From Bacteroidia bacterium (lineage in GTDB: Bacteria; Bacteroidota; Bacteroidia; AKYH767-A; OLB10): DNA of 64,000 nucleotides. The notes under the pieces are model-generated. The model searched no databases. It had not been told where the DNA came from and was given only the letters and a program-made list of their open reading frames with translations. The stretch covers positions 153,046 to 217,045 of the forward strand of contig JAEUTH010000021.1 in NCBI GenBank assembly GCA_016788165.1, written 5' to 3'. Position numbers and translations under genes: made by a program. Positions 29,687-39,682 of the stretch are shown piece after piece. The first letter of the stretch is position 1. Every line of letters begins with the position of its first letter.

Positions 29687-30355
29687 TTAAAAACTAAATG
29701 CATACGAAATAATATTGGCGCCCATTTTTAAAGCAGCTTGCCTTTTTTCTTCAGGGTCGTTATGTACTTCGGCATTTTCCCAACCATCGCCCAGGTCGCA
29801 TTCGAAATCATAAAAACAAATTATGCGGCCTTTAAAAACCAATGCAAACCCTTTAGGGTTTGAGCCATCGTGTTCATGTATTTTAGGTAGGCCATTATCG
29901 AAGTTAAATTTCTGATGATAGATGGCGTGATTAAATGGCACTTCAACAAAATCTAATTCCGGAAATACTTTTTTCATTTCGCGTCTGATATAAGGGTCGA
30001 TACCATAACTATCGGAAATGTGCAAAAAGCCTCCGCCCATTAAATAGTTTCGTAAATTCTGAACTTCTTGTGCGTTAAAAATCACATTGCCATGCCCTGT
30101 CATATGTACAAATGGATAGTTGAAAATCTCGGGGTTGCCCACTTCAACAACAGCTTGCTCATTGCTGATATTGGTATTTAAATTTTTGTTACAAAAGTTA
30201 ATCAGGTTTTTAAGTGATGTTTCTAAATTGGCATACCAATCGCCTCCGCCATTGTATTTTAGTAAGCCAATTTTATAAGCCGGTTCGGCAGCAAAAGTTA
30301 TTTGAATACATAAACATGCAGCAAATATAAAGGCACATTTAATTTTATATTTCAT
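29687..30355 (-). CDS. secreted DUF4159-like protein
   Basis: Signal peptide MKYKIKCAFIFAACLCIQITFA. Start codon overlaps the stop of the upstream EEP gene, indicating translational coupling. Family call is from memory of DUF4159 features. Confidence 0.4.
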   Translation of the reverse strand: MKYKIKCAFIFAACLCIQITFAAEPAYKIGLLKYNGGGDWYANLETSLKNLINFCNKNLNTNISNEQAVVEVGNPEIFNYPFVHMTGHGNVIFNAQEVQNLRNYLMGGGFLHISDSYGIDPYIRREMKKVFPELDFVEVPFNHAIYHQKFNFDNGLPKIHEHDGSNPKGFALVFKGRIICFYDFECDLGDGWENAEVHNDPEEKRQAALKMGANIISYAFSF

Positions 30356-31395
30356 GGTTTTAAGTGTATAGTGGCTGTTAGCGGGCAATGATCGCTTAAT
30401 TTTATTTTATGCGTTGTAAATTGACTAACTGCTATATGTGGCGAATATAATATGTAATCAATTCGAAATGCCGGAAATACGCCATTATAGGTAGTTCCAA
30501 AACCAGCGTTACCATCTTTAAAGGCATCTTTTAAAGTACCGGCAATTTGTTTATAGGTATAGGATGCAGGTGTGTCATTAAAGTCGCCACAAAAAATAAG
30601 TGGCAGTTTGCAATTTGCCTTGTGTTGTTTAATTATTTCGGTTTCGGTTGCTCTTTTTATAAATGCAGTTTTTAATCGTTTTAAAATAGGTAATATGCCA
30701 CTGTAATTATTTTGCTCTACATTTTTACGTATGTCATCAACGTAGGTGTAATCTTGTTTTTTAAAACGGATGCTTTCTAAATGTGCATTATAAACCCGAA
30801 GTGTATCGTTATCAATTAAAACATCAGCATACATACATGCATTACTGGTAGTAACACCTATATCAACCCAACCGCTATTTACAATGGGGTATTTACTAAA
30901 AATAGCCATGCCCCAATGGCGCGTATTATTCATGGTATGTGTGGTGTAATAGGTATGACAAAATGGGGTTTGCATTTCTTTTTTTATGAGCTGCGTATTA
31001 TTAAATGTACCCTTGTTTTCAGTATAGTATTCCTGAAAGCAAAGTATATCGGCCTTTTGCGATTTAATAAATTTAAAAATTTCGGTACGTGTTTCTAAAT
31101 TATTCGACCAGTTGTACAAATCAAATAAGCGCACATTAAAACTTAAAACTTTAAAGGGAGGTGTTGTATAAGTATTACGGCTGTCGGTAATATTATAATG
31201 CAATAAAAACGTAGAAAGGCCAAGTAGCAAACTTACTGTTGGCCATAAAATATTTTTTTGTTTGCTGATTGCATAATAAAACAGCCAAATTATATTTAAA
31301 GGGTACACAATAATAAAAGCCAAGCCCATAAACGAAACAGGCCAGCATAATTTGGGGCTTACATAACTTGCGCTTATTGCTACCATGGTTAGCAA
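30352..31395 (-). CDS. endonuclease/exonuclease/phosphatase (EEP) family membrane protein
   Basis: 347 aa. Three N-terminal TM helices then an EEP fold (LSFNVRLF ... DHCPL). Confidence 0.7.
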   Translation of the reverse strand: MLTMVAISASYVSPKLCWPVSFMGLAFIIVYPLNIIWLFYYAISKQKNILWPTVSLLLGLSTFLLHYNITDSRNTYTTPPFKVLSFNVRLFDLYNWSNNLETRTEIFKFIKSQKADILCFQEYYTENKGTFNNTQLIKKEMQTPFCHTYYTTHTMNNTRHWGMAIFSKYPIVNSGWVDIGVTTSNACMYADVLIDNDTLRVYNAHLESIRFKKQDYTYVDDIRKNVEQNNYSGILPILKRLKTAFIKRATETEIIKQHKANCKLPLIFCGDFNDTPASYTYKQIAGTLKDAFKDGNAGFGTTYNGVFPAFRIDYILYSPHIAVSQFTTHKIKLSDHCPLTATIHLKP

Positions 31396-31476
31396 ACTGG
31401 TTGCAATTGCAACTATGTTGATTAATGATTTGATGGTAACAGATTTTAGTAATATAAAATAAACATGCCGGCAGCC

Positions 31477-32370
31477 TTATTTCTTTTTATCGCTGGCATT
31501 AAACAAAATATCTTTTTCAGTTTGCGATAAACTGCTATATCCCGATTGGCTTATCTTATCTAATATGGCATCAATGGTTTTTTCGTCATAGTGCATATTT
31601 GATTTGGGTTCTTTGCTTTTATGTGCAAGTTTCATTTTGCTTTTTGGTTTTAATCGCCACCTGCTTAATTTATTAAACCATGCACCCACATCGCGCCCTT
31701 GTTGCAATTGTTTGGTATATAAATAGCCAAATAAAGCGCCCCCTAAATGTGCTATTTCGCCACCTGCATTACCGTTGGGAATACTAATTGCTGACAGCAG
31801 AATTACTACCAATGCTACATACTTTAAGCGTACAGGGCCAATTAAAAATAAATACAAAGTATAGTTAGGAATAAGCGTTGCAATAGCAACCAAACATGCG
31901 TTAATACTACCTGATGCTCCTAAAGCATAAGCATGTGGTGTAATTAAAAATTGATTGCGTCCTGATATGGTTCCGGCAAATTGTAGGATGTATAAAGAAA
32001 CCCACATAAATATTATCGCGCATAAGCCTCCTAAAAAATATATAGCCCATAGTTTTTTTTCTCCCATGTACTCTAATATCAATTGGCCTACCCAATACAA
32101 TACAATTAAGTTCCAAAAAATATGACTCAAACTTTCATGTGTAAACATGTAGGTTATTATTGACCAGGGCTGTGTAATTAATACGGGTAAGTACTCGGCA
32201 AAAGAAAGCTTGTGTACAATCACATCCATCCATTGCCCATCAAATAAGCCAAACCACGCTATTAGTTTGCCAAAATTAATAAGTAAAAACACAGCAATGT
32301 TTACCAGTATGAGACGTGTAAGCACATCGCCATTTTGAAATCGGTTTTTTATGTCAACAATCAATTGCAT
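31477..32370 (-). CDS. rhomboid family intramembrane serine protease
   Basis: 297 aa polytopic protein with a GASG catalytic-Ser motif (ALGASGSINA) and a downstream His in TM6. Confidence 0.8.
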   Translation of the reverse strand: MQLIVDIKNRFQNGDVLTRLILVNIAVFLLINFGKLIAWFGLFDGQWMDVIVHKLSFAEYLPVLITQPWSIITYMFTHESLSHIFWNLIVLYWVGQLILEYMGEKKLWAIYFLGGLCAIIFMWVSLYILQFAGTISGRNQFLITPHAYALGASGSINACLVAIATLIPNYTLYLFLIGPVRLKYVALVVILLSAISIPNGNAGGEIAHLGGALFGYLYTKQLQQGRDVGAWFNKLSRWRLKPKSKMKLAHKSKEPKSNMHYDEKTIDAILDKISQSGYSSLSQTEKDILFNASDKKK

Positions 32371-32408
32371 AACTAAGGAAGCTTGTTTTTAAAATGCATT
32401 TGATGCTA

Positions 32409-33248
32409 TTAATAATTAAAGTTGTTATCCTTTTTACGCCACATCATAATCATTATAAAACCAAATATCATCCCACCTAAATGCGCCAAATGTGCAACGT
32501 TATCGCCCGGATTGTTTTGCATACTTGTATATAATTCAAGTAAGCCATACCCAATAACAAAGTACTTAGCTTTAACAGGAATAAGAAAATACAGATAGAT
32601 TAACATGTTAGGAAACATCATTCCGAAGGCTAGTAAAATTCCGTAAACACCACCCGAAGCGCCTACCAGTGGTGTGCTTGCCTGATAGGGAATTAAATTT
32701 TGTGCAAACATAATAGCATTGTCAATTACTTCGGGGTTATGTGGTTGTGTTTCGTATGTTGATGCAAGTTGCGCACCGAAACTTCTGAACTCAGCACCCA
32801 TGCCATCCATGTTTTGTTCGAATAAAACCCTAAAGTCCATTGGGTCAGGGTTATTAATAAATGCAGAAACATGTTTGCTTAAAGCACTTATTTCAAAGTG
32901 TTGCGATATCATTTGTGTAACACCGGCACCAACAACTGTAAAAATAAAGTAGATAAAAAAACGTTTACTGCCCCAATAGTTTTCGAGCATAGCCCCAAAC
33001 ATCCATAAAGCAAACATGTTAAAAAATATATGACCCAAGCCACCATGCAAGAAGCCATAAGTAACAAACTGATGTGGCTGAAAAAGTTCTGAACCATAGT
33101 AGTGCAGTGCAAACAGATTAAACAATTGTTGGTGAAACCCAAAATATTCAGACGCCATTGTGATTAAATACATAATCACATTTAAAACTATAATGCCTTT
33201 GATAACCGGTGGCATTACTGTGTTCGAAGGTTGATAATAATTACTCAT
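32409..33248 (-). CDS. rhomboid family intramembrane serine protease (tandem paralog)
   Basis: 279 aa with GASGGVYG and AHLAHLGG motifs. Confidence 0.8.
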   Translation of the reverse strand: MSNYYQPSNTVMPPVIKGIIVLNVIMYLITMASEYFGFHQQLFNLFALHYYGSELFQPHQFVTYGFLHGGLGHIFFNMFALWMFGAMLENYWGSKRFFIYFIFTVVGAGVTQMISQHFEISALSKHVSAFINNPDPMDFRVLFEQNMDGMGAEFRSFGAQLASTYETQPHNPEVIDNAIMFAQNLIPYQASTPLVGASGGVYGILLAFGMMFPNMLIYLYFLIPVKAKYFVIGYGLLELYTSMQNNPGDNVAHLAHLGGMIFGFIMIMMWRKKDNNFNY

Positions 33249-33402
33249 AATTGGGTGTAAATGCGTGAAAGCGTGCTTATGTTAATTGTTTTGCAATAGT
33301 ATGTTTTTAGTGCAAGGCGAAATAGTTTGTCAAATATTTTTAACCAAACGTAAATGCAATGCAAATGTTTACAGTTAATTGTAAATAAAATATGTTTGCC
33401 GG

Positions 33403-34278
33403 ATGCAAATAATAAGTTATGTGATTTATTATGGCTTTGTAAAGCCATTGTCAATGCTACCCATGTTTATTTTGTATGGCATTTCTGACGTGTTGTACAT
33501 TATTTTGTGGTTTGTAATTCCTTACCGTAAAAAAGTGGTTTTACAAAATTTGCAGAGGTCGTTTCCGGAAAAATCAAATGCCGAATGTTTGAAAATTGCC
33601 AAGCAATTTTATCGGCATTTTACGGATGTTATGGTTGAAACCTTAAAAGGTTTTTCGGCTTCGAAGCAGTGGCTTAACACCAAGGTTATTGGGCATAACA
33701 CCGACTTATTAGAAAAATACTTTTTACAAAATAAAAGCATTATTGCCATAACGGGGCACTATGGCAATTGGGAGTGGGGGGCGCTAACTTTTAGCGAGCA
33801 TACAAAACACAAACCCTACGGTATTTATGCACCGTTAAATAACCGGTTTTGGAATAATGTACTTATCAATTCACGAAAAAAATTTGGAACCACTTTAATT
33901 GCTGTAAAAGAAGTAGGGCAGGTATTTACAGCCAATCTAAATGAACTTGGTATTTATGGATTTATTGCCGACCAGGCTCCCAGCAATGTAAAGAGATGTC
34001 ATTGGATGCAGTTTTTAAATCAGGATACACCTGTGTTTTTTGGGCCTGAGAAATATGCCGTTCAGTTTGATTATGTAGTAGTTTACGCACATATTGATAA
34101 AGTAAAAAGAGGACATTATACGGTTACTTACAGTTTAATTACGGATAAGCCACAGCAGGAAATGCCAACTTTTATTACAGAGCAGCACACTAAGTTTTTA
34201 GAAAAAATAATTATTGTTAAACCACATTTATGGCTTTGGACTCATAAGCGTTGGAAGCGCAGCCGACCAATAGATTAG
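33403..34278 (+). CDS. lysophospholipid/lipid A acyltransferase (LpxL/LpxM/HtrB family)
   Basis: 291 aa with an N-terminal TM and an HX4D-like motif region (TGHYGNWEWG). Confidence 0.7.
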   Translation: MQIISYVIYYGFVKPLSMLPMFILYGISDVLYIILWFVIPYRKKVVLQNLQRSFPEKSNAECLKIAKQFYRHFTDVMVETLKGFSASKQWLNTKVIGHNTDLLEKYFLQNKSIIAITGHYGNWEWGALTFSEHTKHKPYGIYAPLNNRFWNNVLINSRKKFGTTLIAVKEVGQVFTANLNELGIYGFIADQAPSNVKRCHWMQFLNQDTPVFFGPEKYAVQFDYVVVYAHIDKVKRGHYTVTYSLITDKPQQEMPTFITEQHTKFLEKIIIVKPHLWLWTHKRWKRSRPID

Positions 34279-35379
34279 TTATTTAGAGTTTCCGCCTGTA
34301 ATATCTAACCAAACAGCCGTTACTAGAATTAAACCTTTAATTATATCCTGGGTAAAATCTTCAATATTTAATAAGCTCATACCATTATCCAGCGAGGCCA
34401 TTATTAGCGCACCTAAAAGCGCACCGGGTATAGTGCCTTTACCTCCTAACAGGCTTGTGCCGCCTATTACGCAAGCTGCAATGGCATCTAACTCTAAATT
34501 ACGGCCTGCATTGGCAGTTGCATTACCTAATTGTGCCGTGTATAAAATACCGGCTACTGCTGCAAGTATCCCCATTATTATGTAAACAAATAACAAGTTG
34601 GATTTTATATTGATGCCTGAATAGAATGCAGCTTCGGCATTGCCACCGGCAGCATAAACATAGCGCCCAAAGGGTGTTTGCATTGCAATAAATGCAATGG
34701 TTGCTGCAACCATTAACAAAACCAAAACCGGAATGGGCAAACCTTTATATGAGTTTATGTAGGTAAAAAATAAAACGGTTAGCAGGCTTAGGCTTAGCGT
34801 AATCAAACCAGCCGTGGCTATGCTTTTATTGTTTTTACGAAGCGTGAAAAAGTATTTTATAAATGATGCTAATGAAACAGCAATTAAAATATAACTAAGC
34901 CATAAAGGCAGATAACCACTACCGGTGTACTGCATGGCATCGCTTAAAGGTCCTACGGTTTCGCCTTTGGTTAAGCCTTTTACTATACCTCTGTAAATAA
35001 GCATGCCTCCTAATGTTACTATAAAAGCAGGTATTTTTTGATAGGCAATAAGGTAGCCGTTTATAATACCCAAAACTATACCTGTTAAGACGGCCAAAAC
35101 AATTGCAAGTGGTGTTGTTAAACCCCACCATACATTGGCTATTGCAGTAATACCGCCTGTAAGCGCAACCATCGAACCAATGCTTAAATCAATATGACCG
35201 GCTACAATTATGAGCACCATGCCCGAAGCCAAAATGCCTACAATAGCGGTTTGGCGCATAAGGTTTGTAAAGTTGCGGCTATTTAAAAATACTCCGTCAG
35301 TTACAATAGAAAATAATAACCAAATGCCGATTAATGCAAAAAGCATGATGTACGGTCTGATATTAATAGCTTTTATCAT
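34279..35379 (-). CDS. sugar ABC transporter permease (XylH/AraH-type)
   Basis: 366 aa BPD_transp_2-type permease with about 10 TMs. Confidence 0.8.
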   Translation of the reverse strand: MIKAINIRPYIMLFALIGIWLLFSIVTDGVFLNSRNFTNLMRQTAIVGILASGMVLIIVAGHIDLSIGSMVALTGGITAIANVWWGLTTPLAIVLAVLTGIVLGIINGYLIAYQKIPAFIVTLGGMLIYRGIVKGLTKGETVGPLSDAMQYTGSGYLPLWLSYILIAVSLASFIKYFFTLRKNNKSIATAGLITLSLSLLTVLFFTYINSYKGLPIPVLVLLMVAATIAFIAMQTPFGRYVYAAGGNAEAAFYSGINIKSNLLFVYIIMGILAAVAGILYTAQLGNATANAGRNLELDAIAACVIGGTSLLGGKGTIPGALLGALIMASLDNGMSLLNIEDFTQDIIKGLILVTAVWLDITGGNSK

Positions 35380-35397
35380 ATAGAATCAAAATAAAAA

Positions 35398-36903
35398 TCA
35401 ATGTTGTGCTGTGGCGTAATGCATAATACTTTCGGCTGAATAGGGTGTTTCGAAACTTCCGTTTATGGTTCCATTATTCATAACATAAATTGTGTCGCAT
35501 AAGCCCATTAGCTCGGGTAGTTCGGAACTTACCATAAGTATGCCTACACCTGTGGCTGCTAAATTTTGAATGATGGTGTAAATTTCGGCTTTGGCACCAA
35601 TATCAATACCTCTGGTAGGTTCGTCTAAAATCAATAAAGACGGTTTGGTTAATAACCATTTTGCTAAAACTACTTTTTGCTGATTGCCTCCACTTAAGTG
35701 CGCAACCGGTTGCTTCGCATTATGAATTTTAATTTTTAATTGTGCAACACTTTGTGTGGTTGCCTGTTGAATGGCTTTGTTTTGAATTAAAAAGTTTTTA
35801 GAAAAAGTTTTTAATGCAGCTAAAGTTGTATTGGCTGAAATGCTTTGTTGCAATATGAGTCCGAAACGTTTTCTGTCCTCGCTTACCAATGCCAATCCAT
35901 TTTTTATTGCCTGACGCGGATTTTTAGGAAAGTGTTTTAATTCATTCAGCGTTATTTGGCCATCACATTTACCCGCCCATGCACCAAAAATTGTTTCAAC
36001 TAACTCGGTTCGACCTGCACCCATTAAACCGGCAATGCCCACAATTTGATTACTGTGTACGGTTAACGATACATTTTTAATAATCGGTTTATTGGTTTTG
36101 GGATGCCAGGTATGGAGGTTGCTTATCTGTAAAATTTGCTTGCCGGGCTTACGTAATTGTTTATTATACAAATCGGATAGTTGACGCCCAACCATGCTTT
36201 TTATAAGTGCCTCTTCGTCAATACTACTTGCGTTGTATGTACCAACCGATTCGCCATCGCGCAGTACGGTAATGCTTTGGGCAACGTGAAGTACTTCATT
36301 TAGTTTGTGTGATATAATAATAGCCGTAAGGCCTTGCACACGTAATTTTTTTAAAATCTGTAACAGGTTTTCTGATTCGGTTTCGGTAAGGGCTGCAGTG
36401 GGTTCATCTAAAATAAGCAACTTAGCTTTTTTTGATAAGGCTTTAGCAATTTCAACCATTTGTTGTATGCCCACTCCGCAATCCTTTATCTTGGTTTGTA
36501 CATTTAAGCTTACACTTAACGATTGCATTAATGCAGTTGCCGCTGCAATTGTTTTATCCCATTGTATGATTCCTTTGTTGCAAATTTCGCGGCCTAAAAA
36601 AATATTTTCGGCTATGGTCATTTCAGGTACTAAAGCAAGTTCCTGTGCTATGATGGCAATGCCAGCATGCTCTGATTGACTAAGGTTTTTAAATCGAACT
36701 TCTTGTCCGTTCCAAATAATATTGCCGCCATAAGAACCGTACGGATATACACCCGATAAAATTTTCATCAGTGTTGATTTGCCGGCACCGTTTTCGCCAC
36801 AAAGGGCATGTATCTCGGCCGGAGCAACACTAAAGCTGATATTTTTTAATGCCTGAACATTGCCAAAACTTTTGGTAATGTTTTGCATTTGTAATGCATA
36901 CAT
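35398..36903 (-). CDS. sugar ABC transporter ATP-binding protein (duplicated NBD, XylG/MglA-type)
   Basis: 501 aa with two nucleotide-binding domains (GENGAGKST; LSGGNQQK; LILDEPT appears twice). Confidence 0.85.
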   Translation of the reverse strand: MYALQMQNITKSFGNVQALKNISFSVAPAEIHALCGENGAGKSTLMKILSGVYPYGSYGGNIIWNGQEVRFKNLSQSEHAGIAIIAQELALVPEMTIAENIFLGREICNKGIIQWDKTIAAATALMQSLSVSLNVQTKIKDCGVGIQQMVEIAKALSKKAKLLILDEPTAALTETESENLLQILKKLRVQGLTAIIISHKLNEVLHVAQSITVLRDGESVGTYNASSIDEEALIKSMVGRQLSDLYNKQLRKPGKQILQISNLHTWHPKTNKPIIKNVSLTVHSNQIVGIAGLMGAGRTELVETIFGAWAGKCDGQITLNELKHFPKNPRQAIKNGLALVSEDRKRFGLILQQSISANTTLAALKTFSKNFLIQNKAIQQATTQSVAQLKIKIHNAKQPVAHLSGGNQQKVVLAKWLLTKPSLLILDEPTRGIDIGAKAEIYTIIQNLAATGVGILMVSSELPELMGLCDTIYVMNNGTINGSFETPYSAESIMHYATAQH

Positions 36904-36913
36904 AATTGTAGGG

Positions 36914-37918
36914 TTATTGCATTTTTAATTCAGTTGCTTTAATGTAACCATCGGCAATAACCGTTTGCTTCACATTGTTTTTATCTACTGCTACCGGTGC
37001 AAGTAGTAGTGCACTAACTTCTTTTTTACCATTGTTAATGGTGCGTGTTGTGGCTGCTGTTGGTTTATTTTCGGCTAAAGCTATTGCTGCTTCGGCACCG
37101 GCATAGGCTAATTGTTTTATAGGTTTGTAAACCGTCATACTTTGAACACCATCAATAACTCTTTGTACGGCAGCAAGCTCGGCATCTTGTCCGCTAACGG
37201 GAATTTTTCCGGCCAATTGTTGTTCTGTTAATGCTTGTATGCAGCCTCCGGCTAACCCATCGTTGGCAACTAAAATGGCAGCAATGTTATTGTTGTTTTT
37301 GGTCAATGCATTTTGGGTTTGTTTATAAGCTTCAATAGGCAACCAATCTTTGCAATATTGCTCCATCACAATGGTTATGTGTCCACTATCAATTAAAGGT
37401 TTAAGTATTTGCATGTGGCCTTTATTATATAAAAAAGCATTTTCATCAGTTGCCGAACCTTCTACCAACATATAATTGCCTTTAGGGGCTAAGCCAACCA
37501 AAGTTTGTGCTTGTAAAACACCCACTTGTTCATTGTCGAATGAAACGTATAAATCCAAATCACAATCTTTAATCATCCTATCGTATGCAATTACTTTTAT
37601 ACCTGCTTCTTTTGCGCTGTTTACAGCTTTTGCAGCGGTTTTACTATTGTGCGGCACTATTACTAAAACATCAACTCCTTGTGTAATTAAATTTTCAACT
37701 TGTTCGTTTTGTAATTGTTCATTACCGTTACAAACTTGCCTTATTACGGTAGCACCTAACTGAGCGGCACGCTCTTCAAAAAACTGCCCGTCTTTTTTCC
37801 AACGTTCTTCGGTGTAGGTATCCATAGCTAAACCTATGGTAAGTTTTTTGGTTTTTGAACTATTACAATTGTATGTAACTATAAGTAGGAGGGCATAAAA
37901 AAGCCATTTGTTTTTCAT
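36914..37918 (-). CDS. periplasmic monosaccharide-binding protein (XylF/ChvE family)
   Basis: 334 aa with a signal peptide and a Peripla_BP_4-like two-lobe sequence. Confidence 0.75.
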   Translation of the reverse strand: MKNKWLFYALLLIVTYNCNSSKTKKLTIGLAMDTYTEERWKKDGQFFEERAAQLGATVIRQVCNGNEQLQNEQVENLITQGVDVLVIVPHNSKTAAKAVNSAKEAGIKVIAYDRMIKDCDLDLYVSFDNEQVGVLQAQTLVGLAPKGNYMLVEGSATDENAFLYNKGHMQILKPLIDSGHITIVMEQYCKDWLPIEAYKQTQNALTKNNNNIAAILVANDGLAGGCIQALTEQQLAGKIPVSGQDAELAAVQRVIDGVQSMTVYKPIKQLAYAGAEAAIALAENKPTAATTRTINNGKKEVSALLLAPVAVDKNNVKQTVIADGYIKATELKMQ

Positions 37919-37943
37919 ATATAATATTGCAGTTTTATATAAA

Positions 37944-39500
37944 TTAAGGCCAAGCTATCATGCTTGCATAGGGGGCTAAAGTAAAAGTATTGTGGTTTGA
38001 TTTCGAACTAAAATTTGAACTAAAAATTACATTATTAAAATGCTGTGGCAGGCTGCTTTTTTCGATGGTAATGTTTTTGCTCGAAAGATTGTGCATTATA
38101 AGTAGTGGGTTATTTTCGAAACTGCGTATATAAATTAATATAGATTGGTTTTGTGTTTGTACCGGAATTATGTTGCCAAATGCCAAGGCAGCATTATGAT
38201 TTCTTAAGTTGATTAGTGCTTTGTAATGTTGTAAAGTGCTGTTTATTGTTTGTTGTTGAATACTAACCGGTGCTACCTGTAATGGTTTATTATATTTATG
38301 TTTTAGCCACTTACATTGATTGCTATCTTTTTCATGACTCCATAACATAGGTTCGCGCAAATATTCATCTGGCTTTTTACCTAACATACCCAACTCTTCG
38401 CCATAGTAAATAAACGGACTACCGGGTAGCGTTAACAGGATGGAAGCAGCTAGCTTAATTTTTTTTGCATCGCCATTTAATGTACTTGCAATACGGTTTT
38501 GGTCGTGATTTGAAAGAAAGGTAGCTTCAATAAAATTAGGGTTCGCTTTTTCGTACACATCTATCATTTGCTTTACTTTAAAAGGCAAATGCATGTTTCT
38601 TTCATTAATTAATACATCAATAATATGTTGTGCTAAATCGAAATTAAAAACGGCATCAATTCCATTTGCTAAGTAGGGCGCAGCATACATGTGTGCTTCG
38701 GTAACTTCGGCTAAAAGAAATACATCGGGTTTAACGGTTCTTAATGCATTACTATACTCATGCCACCATTGTAATGTTTTATTTGTATCGGTTTTTGGAT
38801 AAATCCACATTGCAGCATCTAATCTAAAACCATCTAAGGCAGTATGCGTAAGCCAGTATTTTCCAACATCAATCATGGCTTGCCTTACTTGTTGGTTGTC
38901 GTAATTAAAATCGGGCATACCATCCCAAAAAAATGCATAGTATGCTGCTGTACCATCATCAAATTTATGAGGCTTAAAGGGCTTAACGCCTCTTAGTTTT
39001 GGTATGTACCAATGATTGATTTCTGTTTCAATATTTTCGACAGCCGACCACACAAAGAAATCGCGATATGGGCTGGTTAAGCTATCGCGCGCACTTAAAA
39101 AATACGGATGCTTATCGCTGCAATGATTTATAACCATATCCATAATTACTGCTATACCACGGTTATGTGCTTGTTCGATTAAGTTATTTAAATCGGCTAA
39201 GGTGCCGTATTGCGAGTCAATACGATAGTAGTCAATTACATCGTATTTGTGATAGGAGTATGATGCTAAAATGGGTGTAAGCCAAATACCGCGTATGCCT
39301 AAATCTTTTATGTAATCAAGTTTTTGTGCGATACCGTTTAAATCGCCAATGCCATCATTATTGCTATCGGCAAAACTGTGTACAAAAATCTGATAGTAAA
39401 CCACATTTGGAAACTGATTTGTTTCGGGCGCTTGGTTATTGTGTTGTGCACCTGTTTTATTAATCATGAGCAGAAGAATGAAAAGAAATTTTTTCATCAA
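37944..39500 (-). CDS. secreted GH13 alpha-amylase-family glycoside hydrolase (alpha-glucosidase/oligo-1,6-glucosidase-like)
   Basis: 518 aa with a signal peptide and GH13 conserved regions (GIWLTPI, GFRLDAA, EVT..., FLSNHD). Confidence 0.85.
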   Translation of the reverse strand: MMKKFLFILLLMINKTGAQHNNQAPETNQFPNVVYYQIFVHSFADSNNDGIGDLNGIAQKLDYIKDLGIRGIWLTPILASYSYHKYDVIDYYRIDSQYGTLADLNNLIEQAHNRGIAVIMDMVINHCSDKHPYFLSARDSLTSPYRDFFVWSAVENIETEINHWYIPKLRGVKPFKPHKFDDGTAAYYAFFWDGMPDFNYDNQQVRQAMIDVGKYWLTHTALDGFRLDAAMWIYPKTDTNKTLQWWHEYSNALRTVKPDVFLLAEVTEAHMYAAPYLANGIDAVFNFDLAQHIIDVLINERNMHLPFKVKQMIDVYEKANPNFIEATFLSNHDQNRIASTLNGDAKKIKLAASILLTLPGSPFIYYGEELGMLGKKPDEYLREPMLWSHEKDSNQCKWLKHKYNKPLQVAPVSIQQQTINSTLQHYKALINLRNHNAALAFGNIIPVQTQNQSILIYIRSFENNPLLIMHNLSSKNITIEKSSLPQHFNNVIFSSNFSSKSNHNTFTLAPYASMIAWP

Positions 39501-39682
39501 ATTTTATAGAATGATTTCAAAAAACTTTGCTTGCAAATAAACAATGCTACTTGGTATTTGTTATCAAAAAATATTTTTGTTTCAGCACAAACTTTTAAAA
39601 TATGCACCAACATATAAGTGAAAAAAAGAAAAGGGCGGTTAACTATGTAACTGCCCTTTAATTAAAAATGAAAAAGGATTAT

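Noticed and set aside
36305-36679. 124-aa + strand ORF
   Set aside because: Antisense inside the ABC ATPase gene, with no independent signals.
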